Shown: positions 63,020 to 64,000 of the stretch, piece by piece
Layout of the letters: each line of letters opens with the position of its first letter
Numbering within the stretch: the first letter of the stretch is position 1
Source: Candidatus Parcubacteria bacterium
GTDB taxonomy: Bacteria; Patescibacteriota; Patescibacteriia; Patescibacteriales; UBA12465
DNA length: 64,000 bases
Assembly: GCA_037076615.1 (NCBI GenBank)
Contig: AP029158.1
Coordinates: forward strand, 261,470 to 325,469
Direction of reading: 5' to 3'
Position numbers and translations under genes: made by a program
The notes under the pieces: model-generated
Database searches by the model: none
Told to the model about the DNA's origin: nothing
What the model saw: the letters and a program-made list of their open reading frames with translations, nothing else

Positions 63020-64000
63020 ATGTTTGCTTTTTTAAAGAAAAATAAAATAAGAAAAAAGGTTTTGCTGGTTTTTTTATTCACAATCCTTGTTTTAGTGGGG
63101 TCTTTTTTTGTTTATAAATATACTAAAGCTAGTTACGCAGTAATATCTTTTACCGAAGTCGGGCCTCATACCTGGGTTGTCCCCGATGGAGCAATTAGTG
63201 CCGATATTTTAATAGTGGCTGGCGGCGGTGGCGGCGGTTATAGGCATGGAGCTGGTGGCGGCGCTGGTGGCCTTATTTTTAAAGAAAATTATTCCTTAAC
63301 ACCAGGGAGCTCGATCACTATCAATGTTGGCGCGGGAGGAAAAGGGGCAACTGGTTCTAGTGCTGCTACCAGATCAACAAATGGAGGTGACTCTTCTTTT
63401 GATTCTTTCATTGCTATTGGCGGTGGTGCCGCTGGTCAATGGGATGCCTACCGGAGCGGTTCGAGTGGTGGATCCGGTGGAGGCTCAGCTTCTAACTATA
63501 AAGCTTCGGGAACTGCTGGGCAAGGTAATTCTGGCGGTGGTCTTTTATCTAATTATAAACATGGCGGTGGCGGTGGTGCCGGGGAGGCAGGAACCGATGG
63601 AACAGCTGATTCTAATGGCATGGGCGGCAAGGGTTTATATTATGGAAATATTTTTGGTGATGATTATGGTGAAAATGGTTGGTTCGCCGGTGGTGGCGGC
63701 GGCGGCAGTCATAACCCCGCACCTCTAAATAGAGGCTTAGGAGGATTAGGTGGTGGTGGTAATGGTGGAACGCCAGGTACTTTCCAAGATGGTGATAATG
63801 GTTTATCTAACACCGGTGGTGGTGGGGGTGGGGCATCTTCTATTACTGGTGGATCAAATAAGGGGGGTAATGGCGGTTCAGGGGTGGTTATAATAAGATA
63901 TAAACTAAAACCTGGCACAGCTAAAGGTATTCAGACTTATAGCGGTCTGGTTGGACACTTTAAAATGGGCGCTGATAGCTATATTGAAGGTACAAATAAT
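63020..64000 (+). CDS. Glycine-rich-domain surface protein (partial; runs off the right edge); absent from the ORF track
   Basis: The ATG at 63020 opens a frame that stays open to 64000 (327 codons): MFAFLKKNKIRKKVLLVFLFTILVLVGSFF (TM) ...HTWVVPDGAISADILIVAGGGGGG...ITINVGAGGKG...GGDSSF...AIGGGAAG...GGSGVVIIRY, then GLVGHFKMG (a LamG-like start). Confidence 0.75.
   Translation, partial: MFAFLKKNKIRKKVLLVFLFTILVLVGSFFVYKYTKASYAVISFTEVGPHTWVVPDGAISADILIVAGGGGGGYRHGAGGGAGGLIFKENYSLTPGSSITINVGAGGKGATGSSAATRSTNGGDSSFDSFIAIGGGAAGQWDAYRSGSSGGSGGGSASNYKASGTAGQGNSGGGLLSNYKHGGGGGAGEAGTDGTADSNGMGGKGLYYGNIFGDDYGENGWFAGGGGGGSHNPAPLNRGLGGLGGGGNGGTPGTFQDGDNGLSNTGGGGGGASSITGGSNKGGNGGSGVVIIRYKLKPGTAKGIQTYSGLVGHFKMGADSYIEGTNN

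Noticed and set aside
63324-63918. ORFs 63324-63728 (+) and 63709-63918 (-).
   Set aside because: They are alternative frames of the GGN-rich glycine-domain gene that starts at 63020.

Overview
The window is a co-linear chromosomal segment from a moderately AT-rich, gene-dense bacterium that uses the standard code: TGA is a stop at several ATGA overlaps. I infer, but have not computed, that the gene content looks like a Candidate Phyla Radiation (Patescibacteria-type) genome. It holds housekeeping genes (PBP-murF, tgt, pyk-eno, rlmN, rpsB-tsf, gap, dtd, mnmA, parAB, dnaE, ftsW/rodA, rplY, prfA-prmC, rpmE, greA, lysS). These are interleaved with three surface-glycan loci and many large membrane-anchored or secreted proteins of unknown function (DUF4012-like, DUF11/CARDB-like, LTD+LamG, glycine-rich+LamG, DUF3048-like). 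RNA genes I can support are RNase P RNA (+), tRNA-Leu(CAA) (-) and tRNA-Gln(CUG) (+). I saw no rRNA, CRISPR array, transposase or intact integrase. Items most worth follow-up: (1) a small islet just downstream of tRNA-Gln, with a frameshifted HNH endonuclease remnant and two orphan genes whose codon choice and expression signals look foreign. (2) An orphan sigma-70 region-4 protein fused to a HARE-HTH-like domain. (3) A tightly coupled four-gene envelope module at 5878-13108. (4) A histone-H1-like lysine-repeat membrane protein directly after parAB-dnaE. (5) A Tgt homolog lacking the Zn-binding cysteines and a pyruvate kinase lacking the C-terminal domain. (6) A perfect 9-4-9 palindrome in the rpmE/flippase divergent promoter region. 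(7) An apparent lack of Shine-Dalgarno sequences, with -10 boxes only 4-7 nt from several start codons. All family names come from motif recognition by eye, and no searches were run.
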